Assembly (NCBI GenBank): GCA_043803105.1 | Contig: JAZDKJ010000006.1 | Location: 96,001-160,000 of the forward strand | Direction: 5' to 3' | Source: Candidatus Woesearchaeota archaeon | GTDB lineage: Archaea > Nanobdellota > Nanobdellia > Woesearchaeales > JAZDKJ01 | DNA: 64,000 nt | Part shown: piece by piece, positions 30,351 to 38,762 of the stretch | Numbering within the stretch: the stretch's first letter is position 1 | Layout of the letters: every line of letters begins with the position of its first letter | The notes under the pieces: model-generated | The model's database searches: none | Seen by the model: the letters and a program-made list of their open reading frames with translations, nothing else | What the model was told of the DNA's origin: nothing | Made by a program: the position numbers and the translations under genes

Positions 30351-31867
30351 GAGAGTGTTTGGTTTATTGATTCAATAGTCTTCCTGACCTCTTTGTAGTC
30401 CCCGGTTGCAAGATGCTTTCTCATATTATCCCGAAATGTCCTCGGGTCTGTCCCGCAGCAGCTGGCCATGAGTATTATCTCATCAATCACTTGTGTAAGG
30501 ATTCCGTGCTCCTCAAGACTTTGCGCGAAATCATTGCTTTCCCTTGCCAGTTCCAGGAAGCTCTTTCCATCTACCTGGTAGGACAATCTGTCCCACTGGC
30601 TTGGGGCCAGTAATAGCTTGGGCGTGAAATACATCAATTCCCGGTTGTGTTGCTCAGTTAACCTGATCCCGTATTTTTCTGCCTGGTTGTACCATTTGCT
30701 GTGCGGAGCTATTATTGGGATGCTTACAGGCACAGAGTCTGGCCTTGTCTCAACCAAAAGTTCGAGGGTCTCTTTTTTTGTCTTCTCTGTTTCGCCTGGT
30801 GCAGGCACGATTACGCTTGTGATTACAGTTATCCCTGCTGCCTTGGTGTCTGTCACAACGCGCCTGATTGTTTCTTTCTTCAGCTTCTTGTCTATCGAGT
30901 AGTCGAGTATCTCTTGGCTGCCTGATTCCATCCCGAAGAAAATGCTTGCATATCCCGCCTTTCTCATCGCAGCAAGATGGTCGCTCCTGATGTTGTTCAT
31001 GTGGGTTGTTCCTGCGTATGTGAACCCGTACTCCTGGCTTGCAAGTTTCTCTGCCACGCCCTCAAGCGCAGGTCTGCTCGTGTCAGAGTCTCCGCTCCTG
31101 AACACATGCGCGCCATAGGTTGTTTTGTATGTTTCCAGCTCCTGTACAATTCTTTCAGTGCTTCTGTCCCGCGATACAATTCCGCTTTTTGCCGGATGCA
31201 CGCAGAAATTGCACTGATAAGGGCACCCCCTGGTCCATTCCGTGACCAAGATCCTTATTTTCTCTTCAAAAGCTGGATATACCTTTGTATCATATGTTGG
31301 CACAGGAAGCGCATCAAGGTCTGCTATCCTTTGTTGCTTGTTCTTCTTGACCGCTCCATTTGACATATACATCAGGTTTGGCACCCTGGTGATGTCCTGT
31401 TTTCCTTTAATGAAGTTAGCCAGTTCGACAATTGTTTCCTCTCCCTCGCCTGAGGACAGAAAATCAAAAGAATGTGTTACCTCAAAAACCTCCTCCCCAA
31501 ATATGTCCACATGCGGACCCCCGCCACAAACAGGCAACTTTGGATTGAGTTTTTTCAGCCAGTCTGCTGTAATAGTGGACACCCTGAAGCCTTCACCTGT
31601 CCAAAGCTTCATTCCGACAAGGCTTGGTTGCTGGTCAAGTATGATTTCAGCGATTTCTCTTGAATATTGGTTCTGGTTGTTTTCAAGCTCTTCTGGCGAT
31701 TTTCCGTACAATCTCTTCATGGACTCTGGAGTGTTAAAATCCAGGATTAGTGGTTCATGGCCTGCTTGGATTAGGCAGGCTGCAAGCCCTCCCAGGCCAT
31801 TATCAGGCAGAAACGCGCTCGGTGTTTGTGGATAACCGTTAAAGCTCACAAGGACTATCTTGTCCAT
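30347..31867 (-). CDS. Cobalamin-binding radical SAM enzyme (class B methyltransferase-like)
   Basis: N-terminal B12-binding pattern (GGPHV...GEGEETI), TRGCPYQCNFC CxxxCxxC motif and FGMESGSQEIL. Confidence 0.92.
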   Translation of the reverse strand: MDKIVLVSFNGYPQTPSAFLPDNGLGGLAACLIQAGHEPLILDFNTPESMKRLYGKSPEELENNQNQYSREIAEIILDQQPSLVGMKLWTGEGFRVSTITADWLKKLNPKLPVCGGGPHVDIFGEEVFEVTHSFDFLSSGEGEETIVELANFIKGKQDITRVPNLMYMSNGAVKKNKQQRIADLDALPVPTYDTKVYPAFEEKIRILVTEWTRGCPYQCNFCVHPAKSGIVSRDRSTERIVQELETYKTTYGAHVFRSGDSDTSRPALEGVAEKLASQEYGFTYAGTTHMNNIRSDHLAAMRKAGYASIFFGMESGSQEILDYSIDKKLKKETIRRVVTDTKAAGITVITSVIVPAPGETEKTKKETLELLVETRPDSVPVSIPIIAPHSKWYNQAEKYGIRLTEQHNRELMYFTPKLLLAPSQWDRLSYQVDGKSFLELARESNDFAQSLEEHGILTQVIDEIILMASCCGTDPRTFRDNMRKHLATGDYKEVRKTIESINQTLS

Positions 31868-31892
31868 TTTTTGCCCTCTTTTTAACAGTTGT

Positions 31893-31967
31893 CCAGGATA
31901 ATCAGATATTTAAACCTTATCGGCTAAATTTATCCTAAAAAAGTATTATTAGGATAAAAAAATCAAA
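31893..31967 (-). promoter_or_regulatory. Promoter of the radical SAM-GNAT operon with inverted repeat TTTATCCTAA-N10-TTAGGATAAA
   Basis: Minus-strand CGATAAGG-TTTAAATA at 31907-31922. Perfect 10-bp inverted repeat at 31929-31938/31949-31958 and an extra CCAGGATAA at 31893-31901. Confidence 0.65.
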
Positions 31968-32076
31968 ATATTTACAATAAAATGGCAATATTTATATAAT
32001 ATTGAACATCTAGGGAGAGTATTCAACAAAACAGGTGTAGCTCCATCAGTAGTCCGAACCATCATCACATTACCCG

Positions 32077-32123
32077 GAAGCGCCAGCCAGGCAACGAATC
32101 TTCCATCGACCTCCTGGCGCTTC
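32077..32123 (+). other. GC-rich hairpin just upstream of ATG 32135
   Basis: GAAGCGCCAG (32077-32086) pairs perfectly with CTGGCGCTTC (32114-32123), and further inner pairing is possible. Confidence 0.5.
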
Positions 32124-32134
32124 TGAAGTCTCAC

Positions 32135-32662
32135 ATGGGCTCTAGGCCAACCTCAAATCGACTGCTGCTCTTTCTCTTGAGTGAGGGCCAGTATGTAAGT
32201 CGGTTGTTATACCTTCTGCATTTGGTGGGGATGACGAAGAATAAGATATGTTATGTTTGCCTGACCAAGCCTTTCAAGGACTTGCTGCAGGACTTTGCTG
32301 ACAACCGGATTGATAGTAGTTTTTTCTTTTTTGTGGATGTGCTGAGCAGTCATTATGGCCTCCCTGATCCTTGCAGCAATTGTATTTTTGTCGATTCACC
32401 ACAAAACCTTGAAGGAATTGCTGATGCTATCGCACAGGCTGTTGAGCGCGAGAACTGCAACCTAATAGTTATAGACACAATCTCAAATCTTCTTTTGTAC
32501 CAGGAAGGGTTTCCCTTGCTGCGCTTTGCCCATCAGCTTGGAGAAAAAGATATAGTTAAGCTCTTCCTTGCCCTCAAGCATGACAGTGTCCCTGCAAAAG
32601 AGAATCTCGAGTTGATAAATGACCTCAGGATGCTCGCTGACCAGACTATTGATTTAGGATGA
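32135..32662 (+). CDS. Degenerate KaiC/RecA-fold protein (paralog of 27456-27965)
   Basis: ICYVCLTKPF, FFVDVLS and IVIDTISNLLLYQE, with no Walker A. Confidence 0.8.
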   Translation: MGSRPTSNRLLLFLLSEGQYVSRLLYLLHLVGMTKNKICYVCLTKPFKDLLQDFADNRIDSSFFFFVDVLSSHYGLPDPCSNCIFVDSPQNLEGIADAIAQAVERENCNLIVIDTISNLLLYQEGFPLLRFAHQLGEKDIVKLFLALKHDSVPAKENLELINDLRMLADQTIDLG

Positions 32663-33025
32663 TAGCTTTTTTACTCTGGCTACAAGGTCGTCATTGTCGA
32701 ACGGTTTGGTGATGTAATCAAGAACGTGCATCTTGTTCAGCACCTCCTTTCCCACTTCAGAGAATCTTGCGACCGTGACGAACGCGACCTTCAATTTCTT
32801 TGTCTTTGGGTTTGCCCTGATCTTTTCGCAGGTCTCTCTTCCTGACATTCCAGGCATCATCATGTCAAGTAGTATTGCGTCAGGTTTTGTTTTCTTTAGT
32901 TTTTCCAAAGCCTCAGGCCCTGATCCTGCAGTTATCACATCAAAACCGTTGCCCTCGAGCACTGCCTTCACGAGCTCAACTATGTGTTCCTCGTCATCGA
33001 CAATCATGATTTTCTTTTTTGCCAT
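32654..33025 (-). CDS. Single-domain response regulator (receiver)
   Basis: IMIVDDE, LLDMMMPGMSG and ITKPF. The start at ATG 33025 is supported by a minus-strand AGAAAAATTAATAAA BRE/TATA ~26 nt upstream. Confidence 0.95.
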   Translation of the reverse strand: MAKKKIMIVDDEEHIVELVKAVLEGNGFDVITAGSGPEALEKLKKTKPDAILLDMMMPGMSGRETCEKIRANPKTKKLKVAFVTVARFSEVGKEVLNKMHVLDYITKPFDNDDLVARVKKLSS

Positions 33026-33154
33026 CTGGTTGTTGCGCTGCACAGCGCTGTTTATTAATTTTTCTGTTGCGCCTTCATCCTGTTGGCAACCTACCTTTTG
33101 TTACTATGTAGTTTGTGCGCACGTTTATATATCAATATCTTAGAATGCTTGCCT

Positions 33155-33373
33155 GTGACTGGTTTGAAGCGTGACATCGTGGGTATTATTTCAGGTTTCT
33201 TTGGCAAGGAGACTGCCGATATGGTTGACAACTACTATTCAGAAGATAAGCCGGACGAATTGATTGCGGTGGCAATAAAGATGCTTTCTGGATTCCTGGG
33301 ACCTGCAAGCGCGAACAAACAACTGCAGCCGCTGCTGACAAAATATCGGAAGGTGATCCACAATGCATCATAA
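33155..33373 (+). CDS. Small helical protein of unknown function (paralog of 34155-34382)
   Basis: Likely GTG start at 33155, ~24 nt after TTTATATA. Sequence LKRDIVGIISGFFGKETADMVD...FLGPASANKQLQPLLTKY. Confidence 0.7.
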   Translation: MTGLKRDIVGIISGFFGKETADMVDNYYSEDKPDELIAVAIKMLSGFLGPASANKQLQPLLTKYRKVIHNAS

Positions 33374-34178
33374 AGACCTTTTCAAGATTCTCTTGGTTGT
33401 CTACACCCTAATGTTGGTTTTTGCCTACTCGACCACTTCTGTCCCTGTTGAACTGAGAAACCTTTGGCAGAATTCATTGTTTGTTATTGCTCCTCTTGTT
33501 GCCACAGGAATTGGTATCTATGCCTTGCGCAGGTTTGATTTTAGGAGCATCCACGGCAAGACCTTGTTGTTGGTTGCAGTCGGCCTTGCTTTTTGGTCCA
33601 TCGCTGAATTGCTGTGGCTGATTTTCGAATCAATCCTGGGAAGCAGTGCCTTTCCGTCGGTTGCTGACTTCTTCTACCTTGCAGCATATCCAATGTTTAT
33701 TCTTGCTGCAGTTAATGAGCTTAGGCTTGGTAGCATAGAATGGACAAAAATCAGGTTGCTTGTCAGTCTTGCTGTTCTTGCTCTCTTGTCTTTTGTTACC
33801 CTGCATTTTAATAGCTATTTGTACAATGCAAACCAGAGCTTTTGGGTAAACATGATTCTGCTTGCTTACGTTGTGGCTGACCTATTGGTGATAGCTGCCT
33901 TGGTTCTGTTGGTAAACCTCTCTCTTTCCTTTAAGGGCGGTGCCTTCTTCAGCTCCTGGTTCATTTTTGCGTTTGCCATGTTGTTCTACTGGCTTGCAGA
34001 TCTCTTGTTTGCAGTCTATCAGAAGCAGTATGGCGCATTGCAGCCCCTCTACAGGCAGATAGATTATTTGTGGATTATAGCTTATCTCCTAATCTCTTAT
34101 GCCTTGTTCAGGCAAATAGATGCAGTCAACAAGATGAAAGATATGGTCCTTGCCTCAGTGCGGAAGGCTTCTCGCTGA
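33363..34178 (+). CDS. Polytopic membrane protein resembling a stand-alone membrane sensor domain
   Basis: About 7-8 TM helices. The FPSVADFFYLAAYP motif is typical of the N-terminal membrane region of kinases and cyclases. No output domain is present. Confidence 0.75.
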   Translation: MHHKDLFKILLVVYTLMLVFAYSTTSVPVELRNLWQNSLFVIAPLVATGIGIYALRRFDFRSIHGKTLLLVAVGLAFWSIAELLWLIFESILGSSAFPSVADFFYLAAYPMFILAAVNELRLGSIEWTKIRLLVSLAVLALLSFVTLHFNSYLYNANQSFWVNMILLAYVVADLLVIAALVLLVNLSLSFKGGAFFSSWFIFAFAMLFYWLADLLFAVYQKQYGALQPLYRQIDYLWIIAYLLISYALFRQIDAVNKMKDMVLASVRKASR

Positions 34179-34382
34179 GGATTGTGCAGCGAATTTTTTA
34201 TAGAGCGGCAGGAATTTCTTTTTTGATGTCTCCTCACCCACTAGTTTGCCAAGAAAGTAGACACATTGGTCAAGGAAATCAACAGGATACTTGTTCGGAT
34301 CCTCAAAAGTATCTAGCTGGTGTGCCACTTCGCTGCCAAAGGTCTTTAGCACTATTTGCGCTGCTTCTTCCTTGAGTTTCAT
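34155..34382 (-). CDS. Small helical protein of unknown function
   Basis: 75 aa with GGAGG upstream. LKEEAAQIVLKTFGSEVAHQLD...LVGEETSKKKFLPLYKKF aligns with 33155-33373. Confidence 0.75.
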   Translation of the reverse strand: MKLKEEAAQIVLKTFGSEVAHQLDTFEDPNKYPVDFLDQCVYFLGKLVGEETSKKKFLPLYKKFAAQSSARSLPH

Positions 34383-34487
34383 TGTGTCTACCTCCTTTGT
34401 TTTCCGTTATGAGATAACCAGTCTGCAGTGAGCAAACTGCATGATGCCCCCATGCAAGGAGGTTTGAATAGATGGTTGTTTGCTCTT

Positions 34488-36494
34488 TCATATTTCTTTC
34501 GCTTCCTGGTGTGTTATTGTGCTTGGCTTGAAGGGTATGGTAAAAAAGAAAGTAGAGCCCTTCCCCAATTTGCTCTCAAACCATATCCTCCCTCCCAAAC
34601 CCTCTATCAATTCTTTGCATATTGAGAGTCCTAGGCCGCTGCCTCCAACCTCTCTTGTTAAGGGGTTCTCAATCTGGTAGAACCTGGTGAATAATTTTGA
34701 GAAATACTCTTTAGGTATTCCAATGCCATTGTCTGCCACACTGATCCTGACAAATTTGTTGTCCCGTTTTGCTGCAACCTCGACAGTGCCTTTTTTGCTG
34801 TATTTTATCGCATTATCCACCAGGTTGATGAGCACCTGACGTGTTCTTTCCTTGTCTGTTTCTGCCTGCGGTATGCCTCGATCCACCTTAATCTTTAGCT
34901 TCAGTCCCCTTGCTGTTGCTTTCGGTTGCAGTTCCTCCACGACCTCTCCTACCATCTTCGGAACATCCAGTGTTTCTATGGTGAATTTCAATGTGCCAAG
35001 GTCGAGCCTTGACAAATCAAGTACCTCTGTCACTAGTTTGGCAAGGCGCTTCACTTCATCCCTGATTATGCCCAGATACCTACTCCTTGTCTTGACGTCG
35101 CTGATTGTCTTTTCACTTTCAAGCAGCTGTGCAAACCCTGTTATTGCAGTCATTGGTGTCTTTAGCTCGTGCGCTGCAATCGATATGAAGGTGTCCTTTT
35201 CTTGGTCGAGTTTTTTTAGCTCTAACACATTAGCTTTAAGGCCTTTCTGGGCTTCCAAAAGTTCTTTGTTGCTCTTGTCTAGGTCTTCCATCATGTTGAG
35301 CATCGCATTTTTTGTGCCTGTGAGCTCGGCAACTTTCTTCTTCAACTCCCTAGTTCGTGCGTCAACTGTTGTTTCCATTTCTCCGCTGTGCCTTTCTATT
35401 TGAGCCTTTGATTTTTTCAGCTCTTCAGTCATTTTGTTGAATATCTCTACAAGCTGCCGGAATTCATATATTGCACTTGGTTTCACTTTCGTGCTTAAAT
35501 CCCCGCTGGCGAGTCTTGTTACTGCGTCCTTCAGGTCTATTATTGGCTTCTCAATCATCTTGGAAACATAAAGGCCTATGCCCAGGGAAACAAAAATCAT
35601 GCATATGACAATGAGTATTATGATTGCCTGCAGCCGGGTTACCGGTGCCATGGCTTCCTGCTCGTTCATTTTTGCGATCAGGCACAGTTCTGTTTCCGGC
35701 AGCCAAACATACATTGTCAGGCTTCTTACACCTCTATAATCCGCGAAAACCCCTTGTCCTGACTCTCGCTTCAGGCACCTTTTCACAGCCTCCGTGAATA
35801 TTGCTTTGTTGAATTCTGCTCCTGGTATGAATCTGGATGATGTAACCAAGAGGTTTAGCCTGTTCACGAGTATTGTCTCGCCGCTCTGTCCTAGCCCAGC
35901 CCTTTCTGCCATTATTTCAGATACCTCATCAGGATCGATTTTGCCTGCCAGGACTGCTATTGTGTTACCAGCGCTGTTGCGCAACGGTGTGGAAATGATT
36001 ATGATTGATTTCTGCGTTGATGCATCATAACGGAAGCTCTGGACAAATGTCCTGGTCTTTGCTTGTGTGAAAAAATCTTCTTCAGATCTCATTTTTCCTT
36101 CTTCCTGTTCATCCGTAGACAGGTGCACCCTGCCTTCTTTGTCCATCACGAATAACTCTAAGAAATCCGGCGATATTGAGAGCGATTGTATCAGGAGCTG
36201 CCTCATCTCATTGTGCGTGCTCAGATTGTGATATTTTGTCCCGTTTGGCAGAAAGAGTGGGCTAAAGGCATGCACCAGGGCATGCTCTGAGGCAACCCCT
36301 TCCAGCTCACGCTTCTCCTGTTTGATAAACATGTTGATTTCTGTTTCCTTGAGAACTGCCACGCTGTTCAGTTGGTCAAATATCCTGGCCCCTACAGCAT
36401 CTCTACTGTACAGGTAGATTCCGTAGCTCCCCAGGGACATAACTATCAGTGAGGATATTGTGAACATTACTGTCAGCTTAAGTCCTATTCTCAT
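34488..36494 (-). CDS. Sensor histidine kinase (TM-dCache-TM-HAMP-coiled coil-HisKA-HATPase)
   Basis: H-box AAHELKTPM, N-box NLVDNAIKYS, G1 DNGIGI and G2 GGSGLGL. A Cache-like extracellular region lies between two TMs. Confidence 0.95.
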   Translation of the reverse strand: MRIGLKLTVMFTISSLIVMSLGSYGIYLYSRDAVGARIFDQLNSVAVLKETEINMFIKQEKRELEGVASEHALVHAFSPLFLPNGTKYHNLSTHNEMRQLLIQSLSISPDFLELFVMDKEGRVHLSTDEQEEGKMRSEEDFFTQAKTRTFVQSFRYDASTQKSIIIISTPLRNSAGNTIAVLAGKIDPDEVSEIMAERAGLGQSGETILVNRLNLLVTSSRFIPGAEFNKAIFTEAVKRCLKRESGQGVFADYRGVRSLTMYVWLPETELCLIAKMNEQEAMAPVTRLQAIIILIVICMIFVSLGIGLYVSKMIEKPIIDLKDAVTRLASGDLSTKVKPSAIYEFRQLVEIFNKMTEELKKSKAQIERHSGEMETTVDARTRELKKKVAELTGTKNAMLNMMEDLDKSNKELLEAQKGLKANVLELKKLDQEKDTFISIAAHELKTPMTAITGFAQLLESEKTISDVKTRSRYLGIIRDEVKRLAKLVTEVLDLSRLDLGTLKFTIETLDVPKMVGEVVEELQPKATARGLKLKIKVDRGIPQAETDKERTRQVLINLVDNAIKYSKKGTVEVAAKRDNKFVRISVADNGIGIPKEYFSKLFTRFYQIENPLTREVGGSGLGLSICKELIEGLGGRIWFESKLGKGSTFFFTIPFKPSTITHQEAKEI

Positions 36495-37461
36495 TGTATT
36501 CGTAGTTCAGGAATTCCATTGCATACACTGAACTTACATTAATTTCTCCTGTTAGGTTCTCTTCACGCAGGATTCTGTATATATAATCCCAGTTGCTCTT
36601 TTTCATCGTGCCAAGGTACGAATCTCCTGTGTTTATCAACGGTATGGAAATTCTCAAAGTCTCGAGTTCATATTCAAGATTTCTTCCAGGTGCGTACTTC
36701 AATGTTATTGCTGCAGCTTCCTTGTTATTCTCAATTGCATATTGCCAGCCTTTGAGTGTGGCTCTCAGGAACCCTTGCACTATCTTCGGGTTGTTCTCGA
36801 TCATGTCATCCCTAGTGAAGAGCACATCCGCATAAATGTTTGCTCCGTAGTCTGCCATCATGATGATGCTTACATTCTTTCCCTCTGCTTCTGCCAGCCT
36901 TGGCTCATTTATGATGTACCCTGTGGAGATATCAGTAGTCCCATTCAAAAGCTCCTTGGCATCGTACCCGATGGTTATCTCTCTAATCTTGCTTCTGTTG
37001 ATGCCAAGCTTTTTCAACATGACTCTGTACAGCAGTTCCACATTGGTTCCCCTCTCCAGCCCAACAGTCCTGCCCATAAAATCCTCAGGCTTTGTTATTC
37101 CTGATTCCTTGAGAGAATAGGCGCAGACTGGATTTATTTTGTAGATTACTGCGAAGGCCTTAAGCCTCAACCCTTTTGATCGTGCCACCACAAGTTCGTC
37201 TGCACCTGTGATTCCGAAATCTGCCTTTTTGTTGGCAACAGCCTCTATTGTTGGTTCTTCAAACGTAAATGGCTCAAACTTCACTTTCAGGCCTTCTTCA
37301 GCATAGAATCCTTTTTCCTCTGCCACATAATTGCCTGCAAACTGTGCATGATTTATCCACTTGAGTTTTAGCGTCACTTGCTGAAGCTGTTTTTGATCAT
37401 GCTCGCAACCGATAAGGAGGATAATCAAGATTGCCAGCCAGATTAGGGCATGCTTTCTCAT
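36478..37461 (-). CDS. NMT1/THI5-like solute-binding lipoprotein
   Basis: Lipobox LLIGC, LKWINHAQFAGNYVAEEKGFYAEEGL and FLRATLKGWQYA. Confidence 0.88.
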   Translation of the reverse strand: MRKHALIWLAILIILLIGCEHDQKQLQQVTLKLKWINHAQFAGNYVAEEKGFYAEEGLKVKFEPFTFEEPTIEAVANKKADFGITGADELVVARSKGLRLKAFAVIYKINPVCAYSLKESGITKPEDFMGRTVGLERGTNVELLYRVMLKKLGINRSKIREITIGYDAKELLNGTTDISTGYIINEPRLAEAEGKNVSIIMMADYGANIYADVLFTRDDMIENNPKIVQGFLRATLKGWQYAIENNKEAAAITLKYAPGRNLEYELETLRISIPLINTGDSYLGTMKKSNWDYIYRILREENLTGEINVSSVYAMEFLNYEYNENRT

Positions 37462-38762
37462 TTTGCACCCTTTAGCTTTTCTTCAAGCTCTCTGATCCTT
37501 TTTTTCAGTTCTATCATCTTCAGCTCCCTACCCACTGTAATTTTGCTGAGTTTTTCAAGCTCGTCAATTTTTTCTTTCAGTTTTTTCGTTCTTTCAGCAA
37601 CCTGTGTTTCCAGAGTTTTGCTGTAGTTTTCCAGCTGGACTTTTGACTTTTTCAGGTCCTCTGCCATCCTGTCGAATGCCCGCGAGAGTTCCCCTATTTC
37701 ATCTGCTGACCTTATTCCAGTTCTTGCGTTCAAGTCACCGCCTGATATTTTCTCTGCAGCAGATATCAGATCTTTTATCGGCTTCGTAACCCTTCTTGAG
37801 AGATAAAACCCGGCAACGACTACAAATCCAATATTTAATATTACTATTATTGCAGTGAATATAAGCTGCTTAAGTACTGAGGCATATGCCTCCTGGACCG
37901 GCATTTCCGTAACAACCGCCCAGTCGGGCGTGCCAAGTGGCACATAGTTTATGATCACAGCGTTGCCCCCTATGCCTTTTGTCACCTCGGTTCCGTGTGC
38001 CTCAGTCGTCTGATTGCTGCTGACAAAATCGCTTACCTCACTCAACCGGATTAGGTTCTCCCCGCCTAAAACGCGGCTGATGTCTCTGGAAGCTATGAGG
38101 TTGCCCTGCCTGTCTACCACATAAGCCTGGCCTGTATTGCCAATCTTTATCCTTCCCACCATATCCCACAGGAATTTTAAATTAACCTCAGCCATGAGTA
38201 TCCCTTCAAAATCACCGAAGACGTTTTTCACAGGAACTGTCATTACCACCATTGGCTCGCTGGTTACTTCATTTATATATACTGGGCTGATGTATGTTCT
38301 TCCTTGCTTTACCTGGGAGAACATATGGCTCCCGGCCCGCTCTGTTAAGTTGCCTGACATAAAACTTGACAGCCGGGAGACCTTTAGCGATTCATGTCCC
38401 TGCGCATCTAACAGGGTCAATTGGCGAAAGGCTGATTCAATGCCAAGCAACTTATTCAAAACTTGTTTCTGATCTTCTTTTTTTGCGTTTGCCAAATTGC
38501 CAAGACTGGCTGCCATATCTAGAATAGTAAACTTCTCTTGCACAAAGCTCTTGACAGAGTTGGCAGCCTCTTTGGCAACGAGCTGCTGCTGGTTGGCAAC
38601 GATTTCTTGCTGTGCTTGGAAGTTGAAATATGTATTCAGGCCGCTGGAAATTAGCAGTATTACTGCGCTCAAGGCCAAAAAAGCTATCATTAAAGTAACA
38701 GTGAGGCTCCTAAACTTTGCTTTTTTTGCTTTGGTTTTTTCAGACATTTCTACGTTATTCAT
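37458..38762 (-). CDS. Membrane sensor (dCache-HAMP) lacking a catalytic domain and ending in a GRELKMIELK coiled coil
   Basis: Two TMs, Cache-like GQAYVVDRQGNLIA, HAMP DEIGELSRAFDRM and C-terminal ELEKLSKITVGRELKMIELKKRI. Confidence 0.88.
   Translation of the reverse strand: MNNVEMSEKTKAKKAKFRSLTVTLMIAFLALSAVILLISSGLNTYFNFQAQQEIVANQQQLVAKEAANSVKSFVQEKFTILDMAASLGNLANAKKEDQKQVLNKLLGIESAFRQLTLLDAQGHESLKVSRLSSFMSGNLTERAGSHMFSQVKQGRTYISPVYINEVTSEPMVVMTVPVKNVFGDFEGILMAEVNLKFLWDMVGRIKIGNTGQAYVVDRQGNLIASRDISRVLGGENLIRLSEVSDFVSSNQTTEAHGTEVTKGIGGNAVIINYVPLGTPDWAVVTEMPVQEAYASVLKQLIFTAIIVILNIGFVVVAGFYLSRRVTKPIKDLISAAEKISGGDLNARTGIRSADEIGELSRAFDRMAEDLKKSKVQLENYSKTLETQVAERTKKLKEKIDELEKLSKITVGRELKMIELKKRIRELEEKLKGAK

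Noticed and set aside
29799-31835. Plus-strand ORFs of 60-197 aa opposite the radical SAM and GNAT genes
   Set aside because: These are antisense shadows of well-supported genes with no motifs. The same applies to the many short ORFs inside the giant genes.
31949-32134. 61-aa minus-strand ORF as a RiPP precursor for the radical SAM enzyme
   Set aside because: It runs through an AT-rich promoter region, the enzyme has its own promoter downstream of it, and there are no precursor-like features, SPASM/RRE domain or peptidase.
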